Source: a bacterium (GTDB lineage Bacteria > UBA8248). From it: 64,000 nt of DNA. The notes beneath the pieces were generated by a model. That model searched no databases, was not told the origin of the DNA, and saw only the letters and a list, made by a program, of their open reading frames with translations. The position numbers and the translations under genes are program-made. This document shows, piece after piece, positions 32,644 to 41,107 of the stretch; positions within the stretch are counted from its first letter, which is position 1; each line of letters begins with the position of its first letter. The stretch is taken from NCBI GenBank assembly GCA_965213625.1, contig CBDBZU010000004.1:1728001-1792000 (forward strand), written 5' to 3'.

Positions 32644-32700
32644 CATTCCACACTAACTAAACCACATCACTTTCGACAATAGAGATGATCTGCTGATAAA

Positions 32701-32728
32701 GAAGGGCGGCTCGCGAGCCTCCCCCTAC
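32701..32728. repeat. GTAG-type REP palindrome (degenerate)
   Basis: GAAGGGCGGCTCGCGAGCCTCCCCCTAC resembles 31370-31397. Confidence 0.55.
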
Positions 32729-32972
32729 GGAACCGTTTCTTCATAAGAAGGGAAACCTACAAACGCTCGTTCTTCGGGGTTGTTGAAAAAGCCCAGCGGA
32801 GCGATTTTGGTTGCGCGCATGCTTGTGAAGTTCACTCCCCCTTGAGGGGGAGTCGAAGAGGCCGAGCGGTTTATGCGAAGGCCGATTCGGTGGGGGGACA
32901 TGCCACAGTAAAAATCTCCCCACACCAGTTCGCTTTCGGGCTAACGCCCTCAGCTCACTGACTCCCCCTCAA

Positions 32973-34492
32973 GGGGCTGTTGAAAAACCCCCGGCATTGT
33001 GATTGGGTGTAATGACACTATCTCGCCCGAGATGGGAGTTCCCTCGATGATAGGCAGCAAGAGGCGCGAGCAGATGGATTTGTTCGTGGCCGGTTCGCTG
33101 GATCGGCTGATCCCCGAGGATCACGTCCTGATGCGCGTGGACCGCGTACTGGATTTGAGTTGGCTTCGTGAGGAGGTGGCGGATTGCTATTGCGCGGACA
33201 ATGGTCGACCGGGGATCGACCCGGAGGTGGCGCTCCGCTTGATGCTTGCGGGTATGTTGCTGGGCTACGTACACGACCGGCGTCTGCTTCGCGAGGCGCG
33301 TGCGCACCTGGCGATCCGGTGGTTCATCGGATACGGGTTGCACGAGGAGTTGCCGCATCATTCGAGCCTGACGCGGATTCGTCAGCGGTGGGGGGAGGCT
33401 CGGTTCAAGGAGATATTCCGCCGGACGGTGCAGGCTTGTCTGGAGGCGAATGTGGCGAAGGGGGAAGTGGTGCACGTGGACGCCTCGTTGATACGCGCGG
33501 ACGTGAGCTGGGAGAGCCTGGCGGCGCACCACGCGGAGAAGGTGATTCAGGAGAATCCCGTCGATGATGAGGTCGGGAAGAAGGGAGGAGGCCGCGGTGG
33601 CGGGGGTCCGGTGAGCCGGACGGACCCGGACGCGCGGCTTGCGCGCAAGAGCGCGCGGGCGGGGTTCGAGCCGAGCTACAAGCAGCACGCGGCGGTGGAC
33701 GATGAGCGGGGTGTTGTTCTCGACGTGTCGGTGACGGAGGGGACGCGGAACGAGCGTGAGATGATGGCGTCCCATATAGAGGCGGTAAGCGAGTTGTCGG
33801 GCCGCGCGCCGGAGATGGTGACGGCGGATTCGGGGTACGCGTACTCGAAGGTTTATGGCGAATTGGAGCGGCGGGGCGTGGAAGCGCTGATACCAGCGAA
33901 GAAGGAACCCAGCCAGAGCCGTGTTCCGCTGCAGTTGTTCCACTACGACGCGCGCAACGAGGTGGTGAAGTGTCCGGGAGGCAAGACGCTGCGCCCCCGG
34001 CAGGCGACGGAGCGGGGGCGCTCCTATGTATCGAAGACGCGGGATTGCGCGGGCTGCGCGCTCCGTGCGGATTGTCTGTCGAAGTCGCGCACGAGCAGGA
34101 CGGTGTTGATTCCGCACGCGTATCCGGCGCTGTTGCGCGCGCGTCGGCGGCATGCGCGCTGGGGGGAGGAGGAGAAGCGTCTCTATGGCCGCCACCGTTG
34201 GCGCTCGGAGGGCTACCACGGCGAGGCGAAGAGCCGGCACGGACTGGGGCGGGCGGTGCGCCGGGGCCTTGCGAACATGCGGATCCAGTCCTACCTGACG
34301 GCGATAGCGGTGAACCTCAAGCGGCTGGCCGCCGCTTTTGCGGCGCGTATATTCGCCCTCTGGACGGCCTGTGCCGCCCGGAGACGCCGGCTGCGCGCAC
34401 ATGGCGCCCTCACGCGCCAATTGGGCTGCCTCCCCGCCGCCGCGTGAGCCGCCAAAACGCCCGCTTCCAACACCGGGTTTTTCAACAGACCC
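32973..34492 (+). mobile_element. IS1182-family insertion sequence
   Basis: 18-bp TIRs GGGGCTGTTGAAAAACCC / GGGTTTTTCAACAGACCC; CTCAA direct repeat at 32968-32972 and 34493-34497. Confidence 0.9.
33047..34447 (+). CDS. IS1182-family DDE transposase
   Basis: IPEDH, GRPGIDP, AIRWF, PHHSSL, VDAS, TDPDA, ADSGY, CAGCALRADC, RSEG..K..HGL, NLKRL; ATG 33047 with GGGAG RBS. Confidence 0.92.
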   Translation: MIGSKRREQMDLFVAGSLDRLIPEDHVLMRVDRVLDLSWLREEVADCYCADNGRPGIDPEVALRLMLAGMLLGYVHDRRLLREARAHLAIRWFIGYGLHEELPHHSSLTRIRQRWGEARFKEIFRRTVQACLEANVAKGEVVHVDASLIRADVSWESLAAHHAEKVIQENPVDDEVGKKGGGRGGGGPVSRTDPDARLARKSARAGFEPSYKQHAAVDDERGVVLDVSVTEGTRNEREMMASHIEAVSELSGRAPEMVTADSGYAYSKVYGELERRGVEALIPAKKEPSQSRVPLQLFHYDARNEVVKCPGGKTLRPRQATERGRSYVSKTRDCAGCALRADCLSKSRTSRTVLIPHAYPALLRARRRHARWGEEEKRLYGRHRWRSEGYHGEAKSRHGLGRAVRRGLANMRIQSYLTAIAVNLKRLAAAFAARIFALWTACAARRRRLRAHGALTRQLGCLPAAA

Positions 34493-34581
34493 CTCAAGGG
34501 GGGAGTGATTGTTGGACGCTCTGCAAAGGGGGGCGACCCGCAAGGATTTTTTCAACAACCCCTCATCACTCGCGTTTGACC

Positions 34582-35019
34582 TCAACACCATTTCGGGCGG
34601 CGTCCGCCGCGGTAGGGCAGGGCGTGGCCAGTGGCGAGGAGCAGCGTGGCGAGGTCGCGCCCGTCCGCAAGCAGGACGCTCGCCACGACGCGGCGGCCGA
34701 ACTTGCCGTGCGACACGTTGACGAGCCAGACCTGCTCGCCGATGACCCTGCGGACGAATTCGCGCGCCGCCTTGCCCCTCCGGCGTTCATACTCGCCGCA
34801 CTTCGCGCGCCTGATCTCGGGCGTGTCGATTCCCCGCACCCGCACATTGGCTTGCGCGATGATGCCCGGCCACACCCCGGCTTCGACCTTGAAGGTGTCG
34901 CCGTCGATCACTCTTTTCACACGCGCGGGCACGCGCTGCTCGAACGCCGCCGCGTTGGCCGCGAGGGCGAGGGCTATGGTGATGATGCCGCATACGATGA
35001 GTCGGGTCCTGTAGCGCAT
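34582..35019 (-). CDS. Secreted thermonuclease (SNase) family protein
   Basis: Signal peptide, RVIDGDTF, VRVRGIDTPE, GKFGRRV, LLATGHA; ATG 35019 with AGGAG RBS. Confidence 0.85.
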   Translation of the reverse strand: MRYRTRLIVCGIITIALALAANAAAFEQRVPARVKRVIDGDTFKVEAGVWPGIIAQANVRVRGIDTPEIRRAKCGEYERRRGKAAREFVRRVIGEQVWLVNVSHGKFGRRVVASVLLADGRDLATLLLATGHALPYRGGRRPKWC

Positions 35020-35230
35020 TTCGGGTCTCCTCGTGTTCCTCGTGTGGTGGTTCAGGGTCTCCTCGCGTGGTGGATGGGACTCCACATGTAAGAAGAGAGT
35101 ATAGAGCAAGTGGAGGGTTGGTGAACGGGGAGTGAGATGGGGGCGAGCCGTGCGATTCGAACCCTCGATGTGGTAGCGTAGCGAAATATAATCAATACGT
35201 TCTTGACGGCCGAGAAAGGGGACATCAGGC

Positions 35231-36073
35231 ATGCCGACGATTGACGCCCAGGTGCACGCCTATGAAAGAAACCACCCGGGGCGGCCTTGGGCCGGGGATC
35301 TGCCGGGACCGCCCGAGGTCACCGGCGACGACATGGTCGCGGCCATGGATGCGGTGGGGGTAGACGCCGCCGTGCTTATCTCGCCGTTCGCCCTGTACCG
35401 CTACGACGCCGGTTATGCGCTCGAGGTTCGCGCCGTGCATCCGGGCCGGTTCGCCCTGATCAAGCCTGTCGACCCGACCGACCCGGCCGTGGCGGAGACG
35501 ATTGCCGAGTGGGCTGCGCAGGAGGGGACGGTGGGGGTCCGTATCATGTTGAACCCAGGCCCCGGCCTCGACCCGGCCCATCCGGGGGTCGACCGGGTTC
35601 TCGCCGCCGCCGCGCGCGCCTCACTGCCGGTCAACCTCATGTGCTGGGGCTTGCTGGAGCACGTCGCGCGGTATGCGCGCGCGCACGCGAACACGATGCT
35701 GGTGGTCGACCATCTGGGACTCGAGCAGCCTTTCCACCCGCCTGCGCCGCCTGATCCCTTCGCCGACCTCCCCGAGCTCCTGGCCCTGGCGGAACACGAC
35801 AACGTCGTCGTGAAGATAACCGGCGCTTGCACGCTCTCACACGCACCCCACCCATACGACGACATCTGGGACCCGCTCCGCCGGGTCTTCGACGCATTCG
35901 GCTTCGACCGGTGCTTGTGGGGCACCGACTGGACCCGCGCGGTCAATCTGCTGACCTACGAGCAGGGCGTTACGCCGTTCCGCCTCACGGACCGCCTGAG
36001 CGATGAGGAGCGCGCGACTCTCATGGGAGGCGCCTTGCAGCGGATATACAACTGGTCGCCGCAGATCACCTGA
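35231..36073 (+). CDS. Amidohydrolase_2 family metallo-hydrolase
   Basis: IDAQVH, VGVR, VDHLG, NVVVKI, WGTDW. Confidence 0.85.
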   Translation: MPTIDAQVHAYERNHPGRPWAGDLPGPPEVTGDDMVAAMDAVGVDAAVLISPFALYRYDAGYALEVRAVHPGRFALIKPVDPTDPAVAETIAEWAAQEGTVGVRIMLNPGPGLDPAHPGVDRVLAAAARASLPVNLMCWGLLEHVARYARAHANTMLVVDHLGLEQPFHPPAPPDPFADLPELLALAEHDNVVVKITGACTLSHAPHPYDDIWDPLRRVFDAFGFDRCLWGTDWTRAVNLLTYEQGVTPFRLTDRLSDEERATLMGGALQRIYNWSPQIT

Positions 36074-36631
36074 CCGGTGGGGAGGGGTAGAACACCGACT
36101 CCAGGCGATGCGTCCTGGATGGTGCTGATGGTGCAAGCGTCCCGCATGCCGCGCGCCTGGTTTCTCTCACAAGCCCCGGACTCCCCCGAATCTTCTCCCT
36201 AGTCATTCGACTCGACCATCGGCCTGAGGCGAATTTCGGGATCGTCCACAGTAGAACGAATGCGTATTTGCCCGCATTTGCCGTGGCCGTGTTCTCGGGC
36301 GCGGCGGGGTATGATGGGAAGGCCCTCCGTCGGCTTTTTGGTTTTTCGGGTGTCGAATCAGGCGCCGATCGCTGGAGCCGGGTGTCCGCTCCGTCGAGGC
36401 GTAGATCATGAATAATGCAAATAATAATTCCTGAAAATTTCGATAAAATTAGATAAATTCACGGGGTAATTCCCTAAATTATTGACAATTTATTTGCTTG
36501 GGAAATGACGCCGCGGAATCCGGACGCAGGGGAATTCTGCCATAATCCGCGCATCTCAAGATGACGGTAAATGCGGGGAGTTGCAGGGGTGAAAATCCCC
36601 CGGACGGGCGCCCGGGGGAGTCATCACTTGG

Positions 36632-37834
36632 CTAGTTCTTGCTCAAGACGAACACGCTGGAGACCGCGCCGGGGCCGCCCAGGGTGTGGCCGAGCGCGCG
36701 TTTCGCGCCCTTGACCTGGCGGTCGCCGCAGCGCCCGAGGAGCTGGTGCGTCAGGTCGGCCACCACGCGAGCGCCCGTGGCGCCGATGGGATGGCCGCAG
36801 CTTTTGAGGCCGCCCGAGGTGTTCACGGGCAGTTCGCCGCCGAGTCTGCTCGCGCCGCTTTTTACGAAATCGGGACCCTCACCCTTCTTGACGAAGCCCA
36901 AATCCTCATAGTTCAGAATCTCCGTAATCGTAAAACAATCATGCACTTCCGCTAAGTCTATCTCCTCGAGAGGGTTCGTTACGCCGGCCTGCTCATAGGC
37001 CTGGCGCGCGGCCTCCTGCGTGGCCTCGAAGCCGATGAAGCTGAACCTGGGGTTGAACGCCGTGGTGATGTAGCCCGTGGCGCACGAGAGACCCATGCCG
37101 TCGATGAGCACGTAGTCTTTCTTGTCGAAGCGCTTCTCGGCCAGCTCCGCCCGGCAGAGCACGACCGCGGCCGCGCCGTCCGTCGTGGGGCAGCAATCGT
37201 ACAGCCCCAGAGGTTCGGTGACCGGCGGGGCCTTCAGGACCTGCTCCTTGGTGATCTCCTTCCTGAAGTGCGCGCGCGAGTTCAGGCTCCCGTGGTAGTG
37301 GTTCTTCACCGCCACCTCGGCGAGGTCTTCCTTATCCGCGCCGAATTCCTCGAAATACCGCCTCGCCAGAACGGCGAAACTGCCCGGCGCCGTGCGGCCC
37401 TTCGAGTACATAGGATGAAGTTTTTCAACGTGTTGCGCGACAAGGCTGCCCCGCGGCGGGACCTCGCGCATCTTCTCGGCGCCGACGGCGAGGACGACGT
37501 CGTGCATGCCTGAGGCCACGGCCATCGCCGCCATGCGGACGGCCTCCATGCCCGTGGTGCAGTAGTTCGAGACCCGCGAGACGGGCTTCGGGTAGAGGTT
37601 GAGCGCCTCTGCGAGCGAGGGTCCGCCCGTGCCGTCGAAGCCCCAGCCGAGCGGCAGATACGTGCCCAGCCACGCGGCTTCGATGTCCTCGCCGCTCACG
37701 CCCGCATCCTCATAGGCCTCGAAGGCGGCTTCCACCACGAGGTCGTTATAGCTCTGCTCGAAGAGTTCCCCGAATTTCGTGATGCCCGCGCCGATGATGG
37801 CGACTTTTCCGGCGATGGTTCCGCTCATGGCCAA
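36632..37834 (-). CDS. Thiolase-domain protein (SCP2/PhlC-like)
   Basis: NYCTTG, AVKNH, DCCPTTDGAAA, EVHDCF, SGGLKSCGHPIGATG. Confidence 0.9.
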   Translation of the reverse strand: MAMSGTIAGKVAIIGAGITKFGELFEQSYNDLVVEAAFEAYEDAGVSGEDIEAAWLGTYLPLGWGFDGTGGPSLAEALNLYPKPVSRVSNYCTTGMEAVRMAAMAVASGMHDVVLAVGAEKMREVPPRGSLVAQHVEKLHPMYSKGRTAPGSFAVLARRYFEEFGADKEDLAEVAVKNHYHGSLNSRAHFRKEITKEQVLKAPPVTEPLGLYDCCPTTDGAAAVVLCRAELAEKRFDKKDYVLIDGMGLSCATGYITTAFNPRFSFIGFEATQEAARQAYEQAGVTNPLEEIDLAEVHDCFTITEILNYEDLGFVKKGEGPDFVKSGASRLGGELPVNTSGGLKSCGHPIGATGARVVADLTHQLLGRCGDRQVKGAKRALGHTLGGPGAVSSVFVLSKN

Positions 37835-37875
37835 CTCCTTGAAAATAGAGGTTTTTCTTCGGAAAATATAAAGCC

Positions 37876-39279
37876 CTATTCGGCGGGGCGCAGTTTCCAG
37901 AAGTAATTATAATACCCATCGCCCTGATGGAGAAGCCTGAAAGTGAGTTCGCACTCCATACCGATGTGGACCTCGTCTTTCACCTGGCTCGTCATCTGGC
38001 CGTAAAAGCGCCCGCCGCCCTCTAGCTCCACCGTGGCCATCGTGATGAAGCCCTCCGGCGATGGGGGCAGGTAGTCATGGATGAAGGTGAAGATTTTGCC
38101 CCGGCGGCTCAGTTTCCGCTCATCCCACTCATCCCGCGCGCCGCATGCGTTGCAGACCTGCTGGCGGGGATACTGAAGCTCCCCGCACGAGCGGCAAACC
38201 CCGGCCATGAGGCGCATGGTCGCCCTGTTTTCCTTCCACAGGATGCTGGGCGAGGTGAAGGGCTTGATTTCCTCCTCGGGTGATAACCCATTGAATTTCA
38301 ACCATTGTCCATAGTTCGGGATGGCCCGCGCGCGCTCCACGGACCAGCCGACTCCCCGCTGCGTCCTCAGGGAATGGACCTTGTCCGTCGCCCGCAGCAG
38401 GATGGCTTCCCCCCCGCTCCCGTGACCGGCGACGATGATGTGCTCGCCCGGTTCCGCGCTCTGGAGCGCATCGACGAGGGAGAGCAGGGGAGCAGCGGCT
38501 CCTGAGTCCCCGAGGCGCGCGATGAGGGGGCTTTCGGGATAGGCCGAGTCGGGAAAGCCCAGTTTCCGGGCGATTGCGGCGTGGGTGCGGGCGTCGGGGG
38601 CGTAGACGAGTACGCGCGCGATGTCCTCTCTCGTGGCGCCTGTCTGGTTGAGCAATCCCTCGACGGTGGCGACGCTCTGGCGCACATAGCCGTAATCCTG
38701 GATGAATTTGGCGTCACCGGCGGAGACGGCTCCCTCGCCGGGCAGACGCCACCTGTCGATGAAATCCTCGGACCATGAGTAAACCGCCTCGATCTCGGCG
38801 GCGACGTCCTCTCCCTTGCCGAGCAATACCGCCGCAGCGCCGTCGCAAAGACTTAATTCATCGGGACTTCCCGGCAGCGCGGGCCTTTTCTCCGCCGCCA
38901 CCACGGCCGCCGATTTGGAGGAGCCGGCTTCAATGGCGTCACACGCCGCTTTGAGCGCGGACGTGCCTGCGCGCACAGAGCCGCCTGCATCCAGGGTAAA
39001 GAGTGTTTCTGGCAGATCGGCCGCCGCGGCGAGGACGGAAGCGTTTGATTTTTCGGCATATGGGTGGGTCGTTGAGGCGAAATAGAGTGAATCGACCTCG
39101 GAATCGCCCCAGCCCGCCGCGTTGATCAGCGCTTCCACCCCCATGGTGATGGGGTCTTCGTCAAAACCGGCCAGCGGGCGTGAAGCCCTCCGGTTGCCGG
39201 CCCCCCAAACGGATCGCACGGTCTCTCCGGCCAGGCGATGAAAGGGAATATATGCTCCCACACGTGTGATACCAGCCAT
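37876..39279 (-). CDS. HMG-CoA synthase/FabH-like domain fused to DUF35 Zn-ribbon/OB-fold
   Basis: GAYIPFHRL, DEDPITM, DGAAAVL, then CRSC..CNAC, GKIFTF, YFWK. Confidence 0.82.
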   Translation of the reverse strand: MAGITRVGAYIPFHRLAGETVRSVWGAGNRRASRPLAGFDEDPITMGVEALINAAGWGDSEVDSLYFASTTHPYAEKSNASVLAAAADLPETLFTLDAGGSVRAGTSALKAACDAIEAGSSKSAAVVAAEKRPALPGSPDELSLCDGAAAVLLGKGEDVAAEIEAVYSWSEDFIDRWRLPGEGAVSAGDAKFIQDYGYVRQSVATVEGLLNQTGATREDIARVLVYAPDARTHAAIARKLGFPDSAYPESPLIARLGDSGAAAPLLSLVDALQSAEPGEHIIVAGHGSGGEAILLRATDKVHSLRTQRGVGWSVERARAIPNYGQWLKFNGLSPEEEIKPFTSPSILWKENRATMRLMAGVCRSCGELQYPRQQVCNACGARDEWDERKLSRRGKIFTFIHDYLPPSPEGFITMATVELEGGGRFYGQMTSQVKDEVHIGMECELTFRLLHQGDGYYNYFWKLRPAE

Positions 39280-39489
39280 TTCTCCTCCTTGAAGTTTTTC
39301 TACGGAAATCGGGGTGATTTTTCTCTTGTGTGGGCCAAATAGTCAAGCCGCGTGAGGGTTTTATGGTTGTATGAGTGCGCAGCAAATCAGATTTCAGGGT
39401 TTTGCATCTCGCACGCCTTCTCTAAATGCCCCGATTCTTCTATGATGCGGGTGTTCGAAGACTGGTATCTTCCTATGGAGAGGGGATGA

Positions 39490-39732
39490 ATGAAACTTCA
39501 CGTTGAATACTGCGAGAAATGAAACTACGGGCCACGCTATGAGCAGTTGGCTCAGGATTTGAAAAAACATTTCCCGGACCTGGAAATCGCCGGAAACGAG
39601 GACGGAAATTTTCGCGTCGGCTCCTTCGAGCTGGTGCTCGACGGTGATCTCTTGTGGTCGAAACTGGACTCGGGCAATTTCCCCACGGAAGAAGAAGCGG
39701 TCAATCTACTCCAAGAGCATGTAAAAGCATGA
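39490..39732 (+). CDS. Rdx/SelW-family selenoprotein (CxxU; UGA at 39520-39522)
   Basis: ATG 39490 after GGAGAGG reads MKLHVEYCEK-U-NYGPRYEQL in frame with ..GSFELVLDGDLLWSKLDSGNFP; hairpin just downstream of the TGA. Confidence 0.88.
39529..39553 (+). promoter_or_regulatory. Candidate bacterial SECIS hairpin
   Basis: GGGCCA..TGGCTC outer stem with inner GCT-ATG-AGC, starting 6 nt after the in-frame TGA. Confidence 0.45.
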
Positions 39733-40199
39733 CTTTCGAGGGCGAGGTAGTCTCGGTCCACATCGCATCGGTGGGCGGCGAACCCATGATGGAGATTACC
39801 CAGGCGCAGGCGGTCATAGGGTCCGGCCTGGCCGGAGACCGCTATGCCGAGGGCGTAGGCACGTATTCCAAGAAGCAGGGGCCTGATCGTCAAGTGACGC
39901 TCATCGAAATCGAAGCCATCGAGGCGCTTGTGCGCGATCACGATATCAAACTCGACGTGGGCCAAAGCAGGCGAAACATCGTGACGCGAGGCGTTCCGCT
40001 CAATCACCTGGTGGGGGCGGAGTTTCAGGTGGGTGGTGTGAAGATGCGCGGCGTTCGCCTGAACGAACCATGCAAGTATTTTGAGAATTTGCTGGGGATC
40101 GATGGTTTACACGACGCCCTCATCAACCGCTCGGGACTGAATGCTCAAGTTATAAGCGAGGGCTCCATTCGCGCGGGCGACGTCGTCAAACGCATCTAA
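39729..40199 (+). CDS. MOSC domain protein
   Basis: GLAGDRY, RQVTLI, RRNIVTRG, EPCKY conserved Cys, GLNAQV..GSIRAGD; ATGA overlap with the selenoprotein stop. Confidence 0.88.
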   Translation: MTFEGEVVSVHIASVGGEPMMEITQAQAVIGSGLAGDRYAEGVGTYSKKQGPDRQVTLIEIEAIEALVRDHDIKLDVGQSRRNIVTRGVPLNHLVGAEFQVGGVKMRGVRLNEPCKYFENLLGIDGLHDALINRSGLNAQVISEGSIRAGDVVKRI

Positions 40200-40224
40200 C
40201 CCGTTATTTTCCAAGAGAATACAC

Positions 40225-41013
40225 ATGTCATTTCCCATCGTTCAGGTGGATGCTTTTACCGATACGCCCTTTTCGGGCAATCCGGCCGCTGTCTGCATTC
40301 TGCCGGCGCAAGTGGATGCGCAGTGGATGCAGCGTGTGGCGGCGGAGATGAATCTCTCTGAAACCGCATTCCTGGTGAGACAAGAGGACGGCTACGGCCT
40401 GCGCTGGTTCACACCCGTGTGCGAGGTGGACCTTTGCGGGCACGCCACGCTCGCGAGCGCCCACGTGCTCTGGGAAGGGGGTCATCTCGGTTCTGAGGAG
40501 ACGGTCATCTTCCACACGAAAAGCGGGGTTTTGACCTGTGAGCAGAAAGACGAATGGATAGAGATGAATTTTCCCATCAGCAGGGAATCACCCGCAGCAC
40601 CACCTGACGCCTTGGTGGAGGGTCTTGGCTTCACACCTCGATATGTGGGGAAAAGCGAGTTCGATTATCTGGTGGAAGCCGAATCCGAGGCGGCGATCAG
40701 GGATATGGCTCCTGATTTTCAAGTTCTCGAGAACGTTACCATGCGCGGCTGCATCGTTACGGCTCGATCCGATGACTCCCGGTATGATTTCGTATCTCGT
40801 TTCTTCTCCCCGGGGGTTGGCGTGAAAGAAGACCCGGTGACGGGTTCCGCCCATTGCTGCCTGGGGCCATTCTGGGCGGAGCGCTTTAAAAAAGAAGAAC
40901 TTAACGCTTATCAGGCATCTGCGAGAGGCGGGGTGGTGCGAATGAAAATTCTTGGAGACCGCATTATTCTGGGCGGTAAGGCCGTAACCGTCCTGCAAGG
41001 GGATTTGTTGTAG
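40225..41013 (+). CDS. PhzF family isomerase/epimerase
   Basis: VDAF..FSGNPAAV, NLSETAF, LRWFTP, EVDLCGHATLA, EDPVTGSAH. Confidence 0.92.
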   Translation: MSFPIVQVDAFTDTPFSGNPAAVCILPAQVDAQWMQRVAAEMNLSETAFLVRQEDGYGLRWFTPVCEVDLCGHATLASAHVLWEGGHLGSEETVIFHTKSGVLTCEQKDEWIEMNFPISRESPAAPPDALVEGLGFTPRYVGKSEFDYLVEAESEAAIRDMAPDFQVLENVTMRGCIVTARSDDSRYDFVSRFFSPGVGVKEDPVTGSAHCCLGPFWAERFKKEELNAYQASARGGVVRMKILGDRIILGGKAVTVLQGDLL

Positions 41014-41107
41014 GATTGGGGGTTTTCCGCTCCGACGAGTTCGTTGAAATGACGGGGTATCCCCACGAGCGACAAGAGCCAAGACAGGTGAAAGGAACTA
41101 ACAAAAA

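Larger units (their letters stand above)
32776..34562. mobile_element. MITE-like element (262 bp when empty) interrupted by the IS1182-family element
   Basis: Ends GGGGTTGTTGAAAAA / TTTTTTCAACAACCCC; internal inverted hairpins ACTCCCCCTTGAGGGGGAGT (32834-32853) and ACTCCCCCTCAA|GGGGGGAGT split by the IS. Confidence 0.7.

Noticed and set aside
31370-34562. Possible CRISPR array
   Set aside because: The repeats are inverted palindromes and TIRs, not regularly spaced direct repeats; no cas genes
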